Origin: Azolla caroliniana
Taxonomy: Eukaryota > Plantae > Polypodiophyta
Direction of reading: 5' to 3'
DNA length: 64,000 nucleotides
Assembly: GCA_043228905.1 (NCBI GenBank)
Contig: JBHGNT010000008.1
Coordinates: 21,328,001 to 21,392,000 of the forward strand
Shown: positions 1 to 14,200 of the stretch, one piece after another
Layout: every line of letters starts with the position of its first letter
How positions within the stretch are numbered: the stretch's first letter is position 1
Made by a program: the position numbers and the translations under genes
The notes under the pieces: generated by a model
Database searches by the model: none
Seen by the model: only the letters and a program-made list of their open reading frames with translations
Told to the model about the DNA's origin: nothing

Positions 1-879
1 TCTACTTAAAATACTTATTACAATAAAGGTTATCTTCATAAAGACCAACTATATAAATAGAAAACCCAAAGAAGCTTATTTTAGGTTATAAATTTCATGT
101 AGTTTCTATCTTCAATGTTGGACCTGTATTATAGCCATGACATCACTCTACGCCCTCTCCACATCCTTGGTTTGTTTCATACTTTCTTTTTGAATCTCAA
201 TAATATGACCTTTCAGGGAGGATGACGCTTGTTGCTCTCTTGGTTACTCGTTTCCTTCTAAGTAGTTAAGGAAAAGCAAAAGTTGCATTTCTATCAAAAT
301 CAGTAACTCATAAACAGAATCATCATAAAAAATACCAAAATAGCTATTAAAGATCATTGATATAGGACTTCTATATAATTGGGTCCAAACAAAGCTCTTA
401 TACTTTCTTTATGACAAAACAATCCAATCTTAGCTTATGTATTTCAAATATCAATGACTTACGTTCAAAATAAAATCTAAATTTTATCCAAAATATATTC
501 TTTTCCAAATTTTTGGGGGTTTCAAATTTCCTACTGTAAAATTCAGAAACCTATTTGAGAATAAGTCAAGTTATTAATGTTCATAACGTGGGACACAAGT
601 ATGTACCTACACCAATGGGCCTCATATAACTCTTATATGGTTTCTATAGATGATATATCATATCTAAGGCATCCTTGGAAAAATAATGCTTCAATTTCTC
701 AACTTTAGTGTTACTACAAGACCATATGAGAACCATCGTATACTATCAATATATCAACCATATGTGTGCATATCCAAAACTATGAACATTTATGGTAAAT
801 AATTATGAATAAATAGATCCACAACTATGAGGATTCATGATCAGTAATAAAAAAACAAATTTACATATTTTAGAACAAC

Positions 880-1298
880 CTGGATAAAGATGTATGTTTT
901 CTCTCTAGCGGAATTGTTTCTACCACCATCAAACAAGCAAGCAAGCAAATAAACATGGTTGACCACCAATGACAACTAACCGTTTTAAATAATTCAATAG
1001 AAATCTGGGATACAAAAGGTTGAGCCTATCCCCTCCACTCAAACAATCCTTGAGCATACATAGATGATACTCGAGCATCTAATAATGGCAATAAAAAAAG
1101 AATCTTCATAAAAATCAGAGAAGGCTCAATCAATACCATCATAATTATGAAATTATACAATAAACCAAAGTTTATATTACCTCTCGATATATGAGTTCCC
1201 TTACATCCTTTTTTGAAACTCTTCTCCTCTCGAATTCAAACTCCAACTTACTGATGGGTTACCTTAGCTAAGCCCTTGAAGTAATGATTTACTAAGGC
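880..1298 (-). pseudogene. Degenerate exons of a plant group-D (TDY, MPK9/16/20-like) MAP kinase, C-terminal part
   Basis: Not in the ORF track; translated by hand. Exon 1298-1181 (ag|...|gt) reads ALVNHYFKGLAKV-[frameshifting deletion]-PISKLEFEFERRRVSKKDVRELIYRE. Exon 1078-1005 reads MLEYHLCMLKDCLSGGDRLNLLYP with the donor mutated to AT. Exon end ~930-880 reads PLERKHTSLSR|gt. This matches the TDY MAPK consensus ALADPYFKGLAKVEREPS.QPISKMEFEFERRR..KEDVRELIYRE|ILEYHPQML...FMYPS|...PLERKH.SLPR. Confidence 0.85.
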
Positions 1299-1609
1299 CT
1301 TCACAAAAACTAGTAAAACTTTTAGGAATCTCTTCTTGGACTCAAACTAGAATAAATACAACCACAAACTGTACTTTCATATTCATCAAAGATGAAACAA
1401 GTTCAATGAGAGTGTACCTTCTTTGTAAAATAATAAGTTAATTATCTCTTGGCACCTAAAGATTGCAAATTGTGTGTTAAGAACATGAAATGTGTATATT
1501 TAAATAGATTACTATACTATCTAGAATATAGTCGTTGGGCTGTCATGAAATACAACTCTTGTCAATCCGAAATCACATATTTTAACCTTGCAATCAACAT
1601 TTGCAAGCA

Positions 1610-2088
1610 CACGTGTGTGTGTGTGTGTGTGTGCGTGTGCGCATATGTATGTATTGTATTGTATTCCATGTTATGTATGTATGTGTGTATATATTGTATT
1701 GTATTTATTGAATTGCATGTGTATGTATTTACATATTGTATTGTAATGCATGTGTTGTATGTATGTAATGTGTGTGTGTTTGTGTGTGTGAATGTTCTAT
1801 ACATGTGCATATGTATGTATTGTATTATATGTATGGAATGTGTGTGTGAATGGTCTATACATGTGCATATGTATGTATTATATTGTATGTATGGAATGTG
1901 TGTATGCATGTATGTATGTGTTAGATGTGTGTGTGAGTATATGCTCTATACATGTGCATATGCATGTATTGTATTGCATGTGTGTGTGTGTGTGTTGTTT
2001 GTGTGTGTTATATATATGTCCATATGTATGTATTGTATTGTATGTATGGAATGTGTGTATGTATGTATTGTATTGAATGTGTGTATAT

Positions 2089-2163
<75 letters not shown>

Positions 2164-2469
2164 TATATATTCTATACATGTGCATATGTATGTATTGTAT
2201 TGCATGTGTATATATGTATATGTGTATGTGTTATGTGTGTGTGTGTGTGTGTGTGTGTGTGAGTATATGTTCTATACATGTGCATATGTATGTATTGTAT
2301 TGCATGTGTGTATGTATGTGTTGTTTGTGTGTGTTATATATATGTCCATATGTATGTATTGTATTGCATGTGTATATATGTATATGTGTATGTGTTGTTT
2401 GTGTGTTATATATATGTGCATATGTATGTATTGTATTGCATGTGTATATATGTATATGTGTATGTGTTA

Positions 2470-2500
<31 letters not shown>

Positions 2501-3977
2501 TCTATACATGTGCATATGTATGTATTATATTGCATGTGTTTGTATGAATGTGGTGTGTTGTGTGTGTGTGTGCGTGTTCTATATATGTGCATATGTATGT
2601 ATTGCATTGCATGTGAATATATGTATGTGTGTGACTGTATATATTCTATATATGTGCATATGTATGTATTATATTGCATGTGAGTATGTATGTATGTGTT
2701 GTGTCCGTGTGTGTATTTCTTTTACATACCTGTAAATGTTTTATGAACAGTAGTTGTGGCAGCAGCTATAGAGGATAGAGGCGACCAATGGCGGCACAAC
2801 GAGGCGAGGTAAGGCAGCACAACGAGGCGAGCAGAGGCGGCAATGACAATACGAAGAGAACAAAGGAAGTTGCAAAGAGTGTAGAGGCAACAAAAAACGA
2901 GAAGAATAGAGGCAACAACAAAGAGGAGAACAAAGGCGGCAAAACCAAGAGAGTAGAGGAGGCAACATTAGGCGGCAAAACTCAAAATAAAAAAATGTGA
3001 ATGTATCAATGTTATGTTGACTATGAATGTATGTATCTATGAATGAATAAATATATGAAATTTGAATGCATGAATATATGTATACATGTATGAATATATG
3101 TATGCTTGCATGAATGTATGTATGTATATGTATATGTATATAATATACATATGTAATGTATGTATGTATGAATGTACATACGTGTATATGCAATATGTAA
3201 TGTATGTATGTATGAATGAATATATATATGTATACATACATAATATGTAATATGTAATGTATCTATGTATGAATGTACATACGTGTATATGCAATATGTA
3301 ATGTATGTATGTATGAATGTACATACATGTATATGCATATAATGTACATATGTAATGTATGTATGAATGAATATATATATGTATACATACATAATATGTA
3401 ATATGTAATGTATCTATGTATGAATGTACATACGTGTATATGCAATATGTAATGTATGTATGTATGAATGTACATACGTGTATATGCAATATGTAATGTA
3501 TGTATGAATGAATATATATATTGTGGTGTGCATGTGCACAATATGTATACATACATATGTGTATATATCTAATATGTAATATATGTATGTATGAATGAAT
3601 ATATGTACATGTGTAATGTATGAATGTAGAATGCGTATATATGTAATATGTAATGTATGTATGTGCATAATATGTATGTATATATGTACATATTCTAGTT
3701 CGTATGACCCCATGTGACCTACATATATGCTGATATGTGGAATATGTATTTATGTATGTGTATGAGTGTATGTTTGTAAAATTTATACACATATCATTGT
3801 AACCATAAATACGTATATACGTATAGCAATGTATAAATGAATATATGCATGTCCATGTATGAATGTACATATGTGTATGAATATGTAATGTATGTATATT
3901 TTTATGTGAAGGCATATGTGCATATATGTGTGTCTGTGTGGATGTTTGTTTGTAATATGTATGTATGTGTATGTGTA

Positions 3978-4011
<34 letters not shown>

Positions 4012-4158
4012 ATCTAATATATGTATGTATGTGTATGTCCATGTACGAATGTACATATGTGTATGCATATATGCATATGTCATGTATGTATGTATGTGTA
4101 TGCATATATGCATATGTCATGTATGTATGTATGTGTATGCATATATGCATAATATGTA

Positions 4159-4200
<42 letters not shown>

Positions 4201-5400
4201 GATGCATGTATGTATGTGTATGCATATATCCATATGACAATGTACATGATTCAATGTGTATGGATGTGTGATTGTAATATGTGCATAATATTTATGTACA
4301 TATATATCTAATGTATAAATGAATATAGGTAGGTCCATGTATGAATGTACATATGTGTATGCATATGTAATGTATGCATGTATATGCATATGTCAATGTA
4401 CATGATTCAATGTATATGAATGTGTGATTGTAATATATGCATATGCAATGTATGTATGTTCATGCATGAATGTACATATATGTATATATGTATATACATA
4501 ATGTATGTATGTGTAAAAGTGGTTGCATATATGTGTACATGAGTGTGTGGATGTTTATTCGTAATATTTATGTATGTGTATGTATATATGTATTTATTGT
4601 AGTTGGTGATGATATATATGTACATATGTAATGTATGTATGCATGTGTATGTAATGTATTTATGTGTATGGATGTTTGTTTGTAAAACTTATAACATTGC
4701 AGGCATATGTACGTATATATATGGTGATATGTGGAACATGTATGTACATATGTAATGTATGTATGTGTATGCATCTATGTATATGTCAATATACATCATT
4801 CAATGAGTATGAATGTGTTTGTAATATGTGCATAATATGTATGTATATATCCAATGTATGTGTGTGTATGTGGTCATATGTATGTAAATGTATGAATGTG
4901 TATATATGTAATGTATTATGTATGTATATTTTTGGAATATTTTCATGTTTAGTATGTATATGGCTGTATGTATGTAATATGCATGTATATATCCAATGTA
5001 TGTGTAAGTATACATATATCTAGTGTGTGTGTGTGTGTAAGTATTGTGGTTCGTATGGTTCAATATAATCTATATATATGGTGATATGTGGAATATGTAT
5101 GTACATATGTAATATATCTATGTATGTATCTATACATATATGTAATAATAATAATGTATGTATATATGTAATTTATGTATGTGTAAATTTGTATATTCTG
5201 TAATAGGTATGGATTATATGCTATGTAATATCTAATTTATTTATGTGTGTGTGCACGTGTATATACATAATATACATATATGTAATATATGTAACTTGTT
5301 TGTAAATTGTAAATATGAAGATTTGTATACATATAATATGTAATCTTAGGTATTAATATGTATGTGATGTGTACATATATAATATATAATATGTAATTTA
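1610..5400. repeat. TG/TA-rich low-complexity tract with higher-order units
   Basis: (TG)n, (TA)n, (GA)n and tatg runs. Recurrent units 'ttctatacatgtgcatatgtatgtattgtattgcatg' (1790-2690) and 'tatgaatgtacatacgtgtatatgcaatatgtaatg' (3165-3500). All ORFs here are C/V/Y/M or H/T/I artefacts. Confidence 0.95.
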
Positions 5401-5410
5401 ATTTTTTGTG

Positions 5411-8400
5411 TTTTTTTTTTTTTCTTCCAAAAAACATCTACTTCCATTAGTTAAGAATGTACAAAGGAATCATTTACAACTCATATCTTACAAGACATCT
5501 TGCATGTCAAAGGAAAACAATGTGTAGATGAAACAACATAAAAAAACAACTCCAAAACACCACATCATTCTATGTGTATAGCATTACTCGAACACATATT
5601 CTCCACGTGAGCCTCATACAAAATAGAATTCAGCATAGATGTCCTCCATTCGCTCCTCATGGCAGCACCCATCTAGATGTTAGGAACACTTGGAGGGAAC
5701 AGCCACCGCGGTGGTTGATAATTCCACTTCACTTTACCATCCATTAACTGCAGCATCGACGAACCGCTCCATTTCCGAAGGAATCGAGCTCTAGCTTCTT
5801 CACTTGCATCAGATGGCCCTTGAAGACTTTCAAACTCACCTCGCAACGTAGAAATAAGATTAAACCAGATCATCATTAAATTCTCAGCCGGTGGGGTTCG
5901 TTTACCTGCGAGGGTCTCCTTGCACCGAGATACCCACACTTGCCAAACCGTAAGGCCGACCACTAATACCCATATGTCCACGTAGCGTTCCTGTAAGAAG
6001 AATAAACCTCCTTGCGTTGCTGGTTGCACAGATCCTTGCTTCACCATTAAAGAAGGACTGCTTCCATTCCACCCTTGAAACCACGAGGCCGATTCAGTGG
6101 CCAACCAAGTGATTGCTGCGCTCGATACATGAACCTCAACCCCAAAACGAGCCAAGATTCTTAAGCTCCTCAGCCAGATTTCTTGCGCTCGTGGGCAACA
6201 GCACAAACAGTGAGCGATGTCCTCCAAGCTCGCACTACACGCCTTGCAACCACTCATGCCGCCTCTATTCCCAAGCCACTCTCCCGTTGGAACAGCCCGA
6301 TGGGTGATTAACCAGAAAAACACTTTGATCCGCTTGGGAAGGGATGAGTTCCATATCCTGCTCCTGGTTCTATCCATGAAGACTGAATCGATAGCTGCAT
6401 GGGTCCACTTGTTGGCACATTTCTCACGATACGAACCTAACTTTCTCCCCAAGTGCGTCGAGTATTCGAAGAAACCTAGTGATTTAGCTTGTTCTCCCTT
6501 CCACCTATATTCAGCGGGATCCCATTCTACGCGCTCGAGAGGCTTGCCTTCAACCACGTACAAGATCCAATCCTCCTCGACCTCTTCGACTGGTGGATTC
6601 ACCTTCCATTTCTTTCCGTGTCTTGCCACAATTCTAATAGGGTACTAGCCTGCACTTTCATCTAATAATCCCATCAGGACGGTCTTCCCACTCTTTCCTA
6701 GACCCTTGACATTGATAATATTTCCGGTACCATCACATTGTCCAGACCATTCACCCTCTTCCTCATTACCAATAGGAAGCGAGGAGACAGCTGTATTGAC
6801 TACATCAAGCATCTTTCTGCCATTTCTGACCTTTCCCATGTCTTCATATAATTGATCACGATTATTGCCGGACAACCACAACCAATCAGCCACCGAGTGT
6901 ATCCCTAGACAATGCAATATAGCCCACGGCATGCGCTTGCTTTGTCCAAGCATCATTCCTTTTGGCGATTGCACGATCTCATTCCACAATAGGGGTTGGC
7001 GCATCCATTCAACACTAGTACTTGGACGATTCCAACTTAGATGCCCACGAAGCATACTCCACGCCTGCATCACTGACATACAAGTACGATCAGCCAATCG
7101 GTTAGATTTCCTCAATTTTAAGTCCATGCAAAAAGGCCACGCTTTGTGTGACTTCCATTGCCCACCCAATCTTGGACTCCATAGAATGCTCCTATTATGT
7201 ATCAATGTTTTCCATAACTCATCACCGGGTAGCAAGCTTCTTATCAATATCTTACATAACAATGCCTGACTCTGCAATCCAAGGTCAACCAATCCTAAAC
7301 CCCCCTGACTCTTGGGAAGAATCAATGTAGACCATGATACTTTGGCTGCCGCATTGTCTTTCCTCATCCCAGCCCAAAGAAATCCCCTAATACACGCTTT
7401 AACAGTACGAATAGCTTGTTTGTCAAACATCCACACTGAAACTGCATGCCATAATGTAGACAAAAGCACATGGTTAGCTACTATGATCCTGCCAGCCAAT
7501 GATAAGTTCATCGCTGACCAGTTGCGAATTTTGTCACAGATTTTGCTTTGAATATGTTGCAGCTGAATTCCCTTGTTGATATCTACCCCAATCCACGTTC
7601 CCAGATACCTAGTGGCTTCCCCATTTGCAATCCATTTGAATTCAGCATTTGGCTTCCAAACAGGCTCGGGCTCCAAGCTGATCCAAAAACCCTTGGACTT
7701 CTTCCAATTAATGGACGCTCCCGATGCCTTGCAAAAGAGCTCAATAGCACTCTGTGCCCTCTCAAGATTCGCTTCATTTCCTTGGAGGTATAGCATCGTA
7801 TCGTCCGCGAACTCCGAATCCAGTAGGGACTTCCTTGCGTTAGGGATAGAAAGACCATGAAGATTTGCCCCTTGGCTATTAAAAAGGGCAGACATTGCTT
7901 CAGTAATAAAAAGGAATAGAAAGGGGGCAAGAGGGCAACCCTGCCTGATGGATCGAGTAAGAATGATTTGAGCTCCTTTCCTCCCTGCAATCAGCACCTT
8001 ACTCGAGCCATTCCTATATAAGGCTTGGGCAGCACACCTCCATTCCAATGGTAGCTCAATGACCTTCATCACTTCTTCCAAGAAAGACCATTGCACTCGA
8101 TCATAGGCTTTCTCGAAGTCGAGCATCAGACATGCTAAGTTTTGATTGGTCACCTTCACCGTTGCAATAGCCTCCCAAAACAAAATCACGTTGTCCATAA
8201 TAGAGCGATGCTCCATGAAACCAGTTTGATTGGATTGGATGATATCGCCTAGGAAGGGCTTGATTCCCTGCACTAATATGTTAGCAAATTTTTTATAAAT
8301 TAGGTTTAAAATTGTAATGGGCCTCCATTGCTTAATCTCGTGCATCGCAGTCTCCGATTTCGGAATCAAGTAGATCAAGCCTTCATTGAAGCTACTCGGC

Positions 8401-9258
8401 ATCCGTCCCGTTCTCCACATCTCTTGCAGTCCAGCTTTCAAGCTTGGAAAAATTTTCTCCCAAAACTCCTTGAAGAAGGCTTTGGGAAGACCGTCAACAC
8501 CAGGACAAGCCATACTCTGTATCTTATCTAGCCCCGCTACAATCTCTTCCTCCTCTATGGCTTTTGACAACTGCGCTTTAGCTGCCTCTCCAATCCTGGT
8601 TTTCAAGCATGTAATTACACATGACTGCCTTCCTTAGGCATTGCAGACGGTATTGACACCTTAACAGCTCCTCCCTAGCCACGTTCTGAAGAAACAAAGA
8701 AGAATTAATAATCTTTTCCTCCAGTACCTGTATCGGGTCGTGGGCTGATGGGGATGCCGTCCAAATGGTATTCATTGCATCCTTAACCTTCTGGATACTG
8801 AAAATCTTCGGAGGAATCCTCACATTGCTCTCACTCTTCTTCTTATAAATAGGTTCAAGAGTCAAGGATACTGGAAGGTGATCCGAATAAGTAAAACCAG
8901 CAAGAATGGATGAGAAGCCACTCCATTCCTCTATCCCGGGGCTCACATAGATGCGGTCCAATCTAGAGTGACATCCTTCACTCTCCTTCCAGCCAAATCG
9001 TGAGAACCTTAAGGAATTCACCTCAACTGCCATAGTAGAATACCACGAGTCCCGGATTCCCAACATAGAAGTTAAGAAACCCCACGCTCTAAGCTCCTCC
9101 CCATGTAGCAAGTTCGAATGAGCCCCAAGACAATCTTCCACTCTCTCTGTCATGTTAAAATCCCTTGCCACTATCCAATTGTCGACGGAGGGAATTTTGT
9201 TTGCCAACAGTCTCCAAAATGAGGTCCTCTCATTGCTAATGTTAGGTGCGTAGACATT
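5411..9258 (-). mobile_element. 5'-truncated L1/Tx1-type LINE (non-LTR retrotransposon)
   Basis: ORF2 pieces in EN-RT-zf order on the minus strand. Poly-T at 5411-5423 is the poly-A tail. 'ttaatttttt' occurs on both sides as a possible TSD. Confidence 0.9.
5673..9258 (-). pseudogene. LINE ORF2 (APE endonuclease, reverse transcriptase, zf-RVT), interrupted
   Basis: EN motifs INVYAPN, RDFN, SRLDRIY, SDHLPV. RT motifs PGVDGLP, WRPITILN, LDFEKAYDRV, IRQGCPLAPFLF, FADD, YLG. C-terminal KIKVFFW..C..C...EDIAHCL..C. Frameshift near 8600 and stop at 6645. Confidence 0.92.
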
Positions 9259-9269
9259 AATTTTTTTTT

Positions 9270-10229
9270 CTTTTTTGTATGTATATATGCATTTGTGTAT
9301 GTTTTTACTTTCAATCAATGGGTAAATACCCCATTTTTGTTGTAAACCAATTGTCTCATGGGCCAAATTTGGTCTTAGAAGACCTTAATATATATATTTC
9401 TTTCTTTCTTTCAATATATATGGCCGATTCTAATATGTATGCAGTATGTAATGCATGTATGTATGTGTATGTACATATTTACATATGGTAATATATATTT
9501 GTACATATATTTATGTTTAGTCAATATGCATGTATAAATGGGTGTAATGTTTGAATGTAGGTATATATGCATGTATGTGGTATTCATATGTGATGTGTGT
9601 TATGTTTGTGTGTGTATGTATGTACATATTGTATTGTATTATATGTATGGAATGTGTGTATATGTGTATATATATAATATGTAATTTATTTTTTTCTGTT
9701 TGGTTTGTATATTTGCATTTGTATAAAATTGTGTGTATAATAATATATGTGTGTAATATGTAATATATAAAATATGTTTGTAAATTGTAAAAATGTGTAT
9801 ACATACATATATATATATATATATAATTTTTATGTATGTATTATGTATATATGTATGTCAATATATATGGCCGATTCTAATATGTATGTAATATGTAATG
9901 CATGTATGTACGTGTAAGTACATATTTACATATGGTCATATATATTTGTACGTATATTTATGTTTAGTCAGTATGCATGTATAAATGGGTGTAATGTACG
10001 TATATACATATTCATGGATGTAATGTTTGAATGTAGATATATATGGATGCATGCATGTGTATGTATTTATGTATGTATATATGCTACTCCAAATTTGAGT
10101 ATTGTTTGCATAATACATTCTTTACTATCTCATTGAAATATCTAATATTTCACGGGCTTATGTAATTTGTTTTTCCAACATAATTGATAACACCCTTATG
10201 TAAATATATTCTCAAATCCTTATTAATAC

Positions 10230-10270
<41 letters not shown>
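9270..10270. repeat. Continuation of the TG/TA tract with a ~150-bp duplication and (TA)n
   Basis: 'tcaatatatatggccgattctaatatgtatg...gtataaatgggtgtaatgt' occurs at ~9411-9550 and ~9858-9997; (TA)n at 10233-10270. Confidence 0.85.
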
Positions 10271-10274
<4 letters not shown>

Positions 10275-11200
10275 ATCTCACTGATTAATTTAAACCCCTT
10301 TTGATGAACTCATGTGCTATCATACAAGTTTTGACAGTGAAGCCCTCGGGAATGGACCCAACTTTTTGTAATCAAGTTTGTTGCATGGGCGAGTTGTCAA
10401 AATATGTCGACGTAATAGCCATACCATGCCACCAACTTTAAAACTAGGCGCAACCTGTCGATGTTGATCAACCTTCCCTTTGTGTCGTTCCTAAGCAATG
10501 GAGAGTTCTAGGGATAGGTCATGATGCACTTCTTTCATCAGATGAGCTCATTCTTCATCTGATGGATTCATCGAACCAGCAAGGATAGCTAAGCTAAAGC
10601 GTGGGTGGAACCCATAATTTGTGATGAAGGGTGTTACGCTAGTTGATGTGTGGAGAGTGTTGTTGTATGCGAACTCAACCATTGGAAGAAATTTGATCCA
10701 ATCATCTTGTTGATAACTTATCATACATCGGAGATATTGCTCTAGGATCTGATTTACTCGTTCCGTTTGGCCGTCTGTCTCAAGATGGAAGGTTGTCAAA
10801 ATTTATGTGGAAGTTCCAAGAGTTTGGAAGAGGCGCTTCCAGAAATGAGACATAAATTGGGGACTACGATCAGAGATAATGTCATCCGTTAAACCATGAA
10901 GGCACACAATATTTGTTAACAATAGATCTGTTGTTTCTATCGCTAAAATTACTTTAGAACATGGAATAAAATGTGCCATCTTTGTGAATCTATCCATCAC
11001 CACCAATACTGAATTGAATCCCTCAATGTCGGGAAGGTTGGTGATAAAATCCTTCAAGATGGAGGCCAATGGCCTACTTGGAATCGGCAAAGGTTGAAGT
11101 AGACTGTAGGGACAATGATGTACTGCTTTGGCGCGGACACATGTATCACATGTTTTCACAAATTGTTTAACAAGTTTCCAAGGTTACGGCCACCAATAAC

Positions 11201-14200
11201 TGTTGGGATTTCGGTCCCTTTCGGATGGGATGGTCGGATATCGGAGATGGATGCCGACAAGCCCGGTTTCGGTTTCGGATCCGGATGACGAAGACCCCGG
11301 CCTCGGTGCCGGATGACGAATGTACCCGGAGAGCGATCCGGATGCAGGGACATATCCGTGAATATGTTCGCTACGAGCCCCCTGAGGCTATAGTTGTAAA
11401 TAGCCCAAAGTCATATAAGTATAAATATGACTTAGGGCAAACAGTTTTTCTGTTGCTTCTCATTTTTCTGTTTTTCCACTTTAGAGGAGTGAAGAGAGAG
11501 CAGCCGTGAGAGAGAGAAAGAGAGAGAGCGCGAGAGAGAAAGAGGTAGACGCCTCTGTGTATTTCCGCCGCCTGTGGCGAGGACAGCGAGCTCAAGGTCG
11601 TCGCCTTGGAGCTCGTCATTGTATACTTCTCTGTATAGTGTTGTTTGGAGTCTTGTACTCCCGTGGTTTTTCCCCGTTTAGGGTTTTCCACGTTAATCCT
11701 TGTGTACTCGCGTTTCTTCGTTTTGTTTCTACGTGTGTTTCCTATTTTCTGCTCCATTGATCCGCGATTAATCGATTGTGGCCGAGATAAGAAGGTGGAT
11801 AGAAGGGCCTATTCCTTACAAACTGGTATCAGAGCGACTGTTGCAGAAAATGGAAGGCGGCGGCAGCGGGCAGCCGATGATGATGGTGCTGAATGCACAG
11901 AATTACGCCGACTGGAAGATCAAGATGGAGGATCTTCTGATTGTTCGGGACCTGTACGAACCGATTGACAGGTCGGAAATACCGAAGGGGGTACTTGAGT
12001 CGGAGTGGAAGCTCCTGAACCGGAAAGCCGTAGCGACGATCCGACAATATGTCGACGTAAGCGTCCTGCAACATGTGGCGAACGACACCAACGCATACGA
12101 GATGTGGAAGAAGCTGTCTGGCCTCTATGAGAGGAAGAATGCGTTGAACCGGACCTCCCTGATGAGGAAGATTGTGAATCTCAAGTATCGGGACGGCGAG
12201 AGTATGGTGGAACACGTAAGCACGTTCATGGGATTCGTGAACCAGCTTGCGGCGATCAAGTTCCCGTTGGAGGATGCAATGCAAGCCATCATCCTGATGT
12301 GTACATTGCCGGAAAGCTGGGAGAACTTGGTGGTGACTCTCAGCACCTCGTGCACCGAAGATAACTTGTCCTTACAAACTGTAAAGACAAGTATTCTGAA
12401 TGAAGAAGCGCGTCGGAGAGATAAGGAACCGGCCTCCGACCCGAAGATGCTGTTTACCGAATCGGATCGGGGAAGACAATGGAACCGGAGTCCGCAAAGA
12501 CGGGAGAAGTCGGGGACCCGGTCGCAGTCAAGAGGAAGGCCCACATGCTTCCACTGTGGGAAGCCGGGGCACTTCCGAAAGAATTGTCGGCATTACCGAA
12601 AAGACAACGGAGCCGACGACACCGACTCGAAGAAGTCACCGGAGAGAAACGGTGCATACCGGGGAGCCACGGACCGGAGAGGTTCGGATCGGCGAGGGCA
12701 AGACCGGAAAGGAACAACGGCACTCGCGGCAAGTGAGGAAGAAATCATGCTCATCACCGAAGAAGGTGAGCTAAACGTTGCCGGCGATGAGACGACCTGG
12801 GTGGTCGATTCCGGAGCATCGTTCCACCTGACCCCGGAGAGAAGATACTTCTCATCCTACACAGCCGGCGAGCATGGCTGTGTTCGGATGGGAAATGAAG
12901 GTACGTGCCGGATTGCCGGCATAGGAGACGTGTGGTTGACAACCCCGACCGGATGCAAAATGCTGCTGAAAGATGTCCGACACGTTCCGGAGGTCCGATT
13001 GAACCTGATTTCGGCCGGGAGGCTAGATGATGAAGGCTACACGGGTAGCATCCGGAACGGTGTCATGAAGTTCAGCAAGGGGAGCTTGATAGTGGTTCGG
13101 GCCCGGAAGGTCAACACACTGTACCTGATGAATGCCCGGTTATGTCCGGAAGAGCTGAATGTGGCAGCCGACACTGCCGGTGAGCTGTGGCACAAAAGAC
13201 TGTGCCACATGAGTGAGAAGGGGATGAAGAGGCTTGCAGAAGACAACCTCATCCCAGTGAAGCACGTGCACCTGGAGAAGTGCACCGATTGCCTGGCCGG
13301 TAAGCAGAACCGAACCTCCTTCCACTCAAGGCCACCGACGAGACGTAGCGCACCATTGGAGTTGGTGCACACTGATGTGTGTCAGGTAGAAACGAAGTCA
13401 CATGGCGGAGCCCAGTACTTCGTGACATTCATTGATGATCACAGCCGGAAGCTGTGGACGGCACCGTTGAAGACAAAGGACCAAGTGTTGTCCGTCTTCA
13501 AAGAACTCCACGCGAGAGTGGAAAGGGAATCCGGCAAGAAGCTGAAAGCGATACGAGCGGATAACGGAGGGGAATACCGGGGGCAGTTCCAGGAGTACTG
13601 TCGCTCGAAGGGAATCCGACTCGAGTTTACTGTGCCGAAGACGCCGGAACTGAACGGGCTGGCCGAGAGGATGAACCGGACCATAATGGAGCGGGTCCGG
13701 AGTATGCTGGCGCATGCGAAATTACCCAAGGGGTTTTGGGCTGAGGCAATGTCGACGGCGACATACGTGATAAACAGATCACCCTCAGTACCTTTGGACG
13801 GAGACACGCCGCAGAGAGTGTGGACCGGTAAGGAAGTGTCCTACCGGCATCTGAAGGTGTTCGGGTGTCTCGCATACGTGCATGTGGCAAAGGACCGGAG
13901 AGGAAAGCTAGATCCGAAGACCCGGCCATGCATATTCCTCGGTTACGGCGACGACGAGTTCGGCTACCGAGTATGGGACCCGGTCGACAAGAAGATATTC
14001 CGGAGTCGTGATATCATCTTCATGGAGAACAAGACGCTCGCCGACTGGGAGTCGGAGAAGAAGATGAAGAGCTCCAAGTCGACCGGTGAGGATCAACTCT
14101 ACGAGGAGCAGTCCCGACCGGCAAGGGACCGGTTAGCACTCGAGGATCCGGCCGAAGACAGTGAAGAAACAGAACCGGCCGAAGAAGATGAAAATGATAC

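Noticed and set aside
1449-5437. Long Cys/Val/Tyr- or His/Thr-rich ORFs
   Set aside because: These are translations of dinucleotide-type repeats in all frames.
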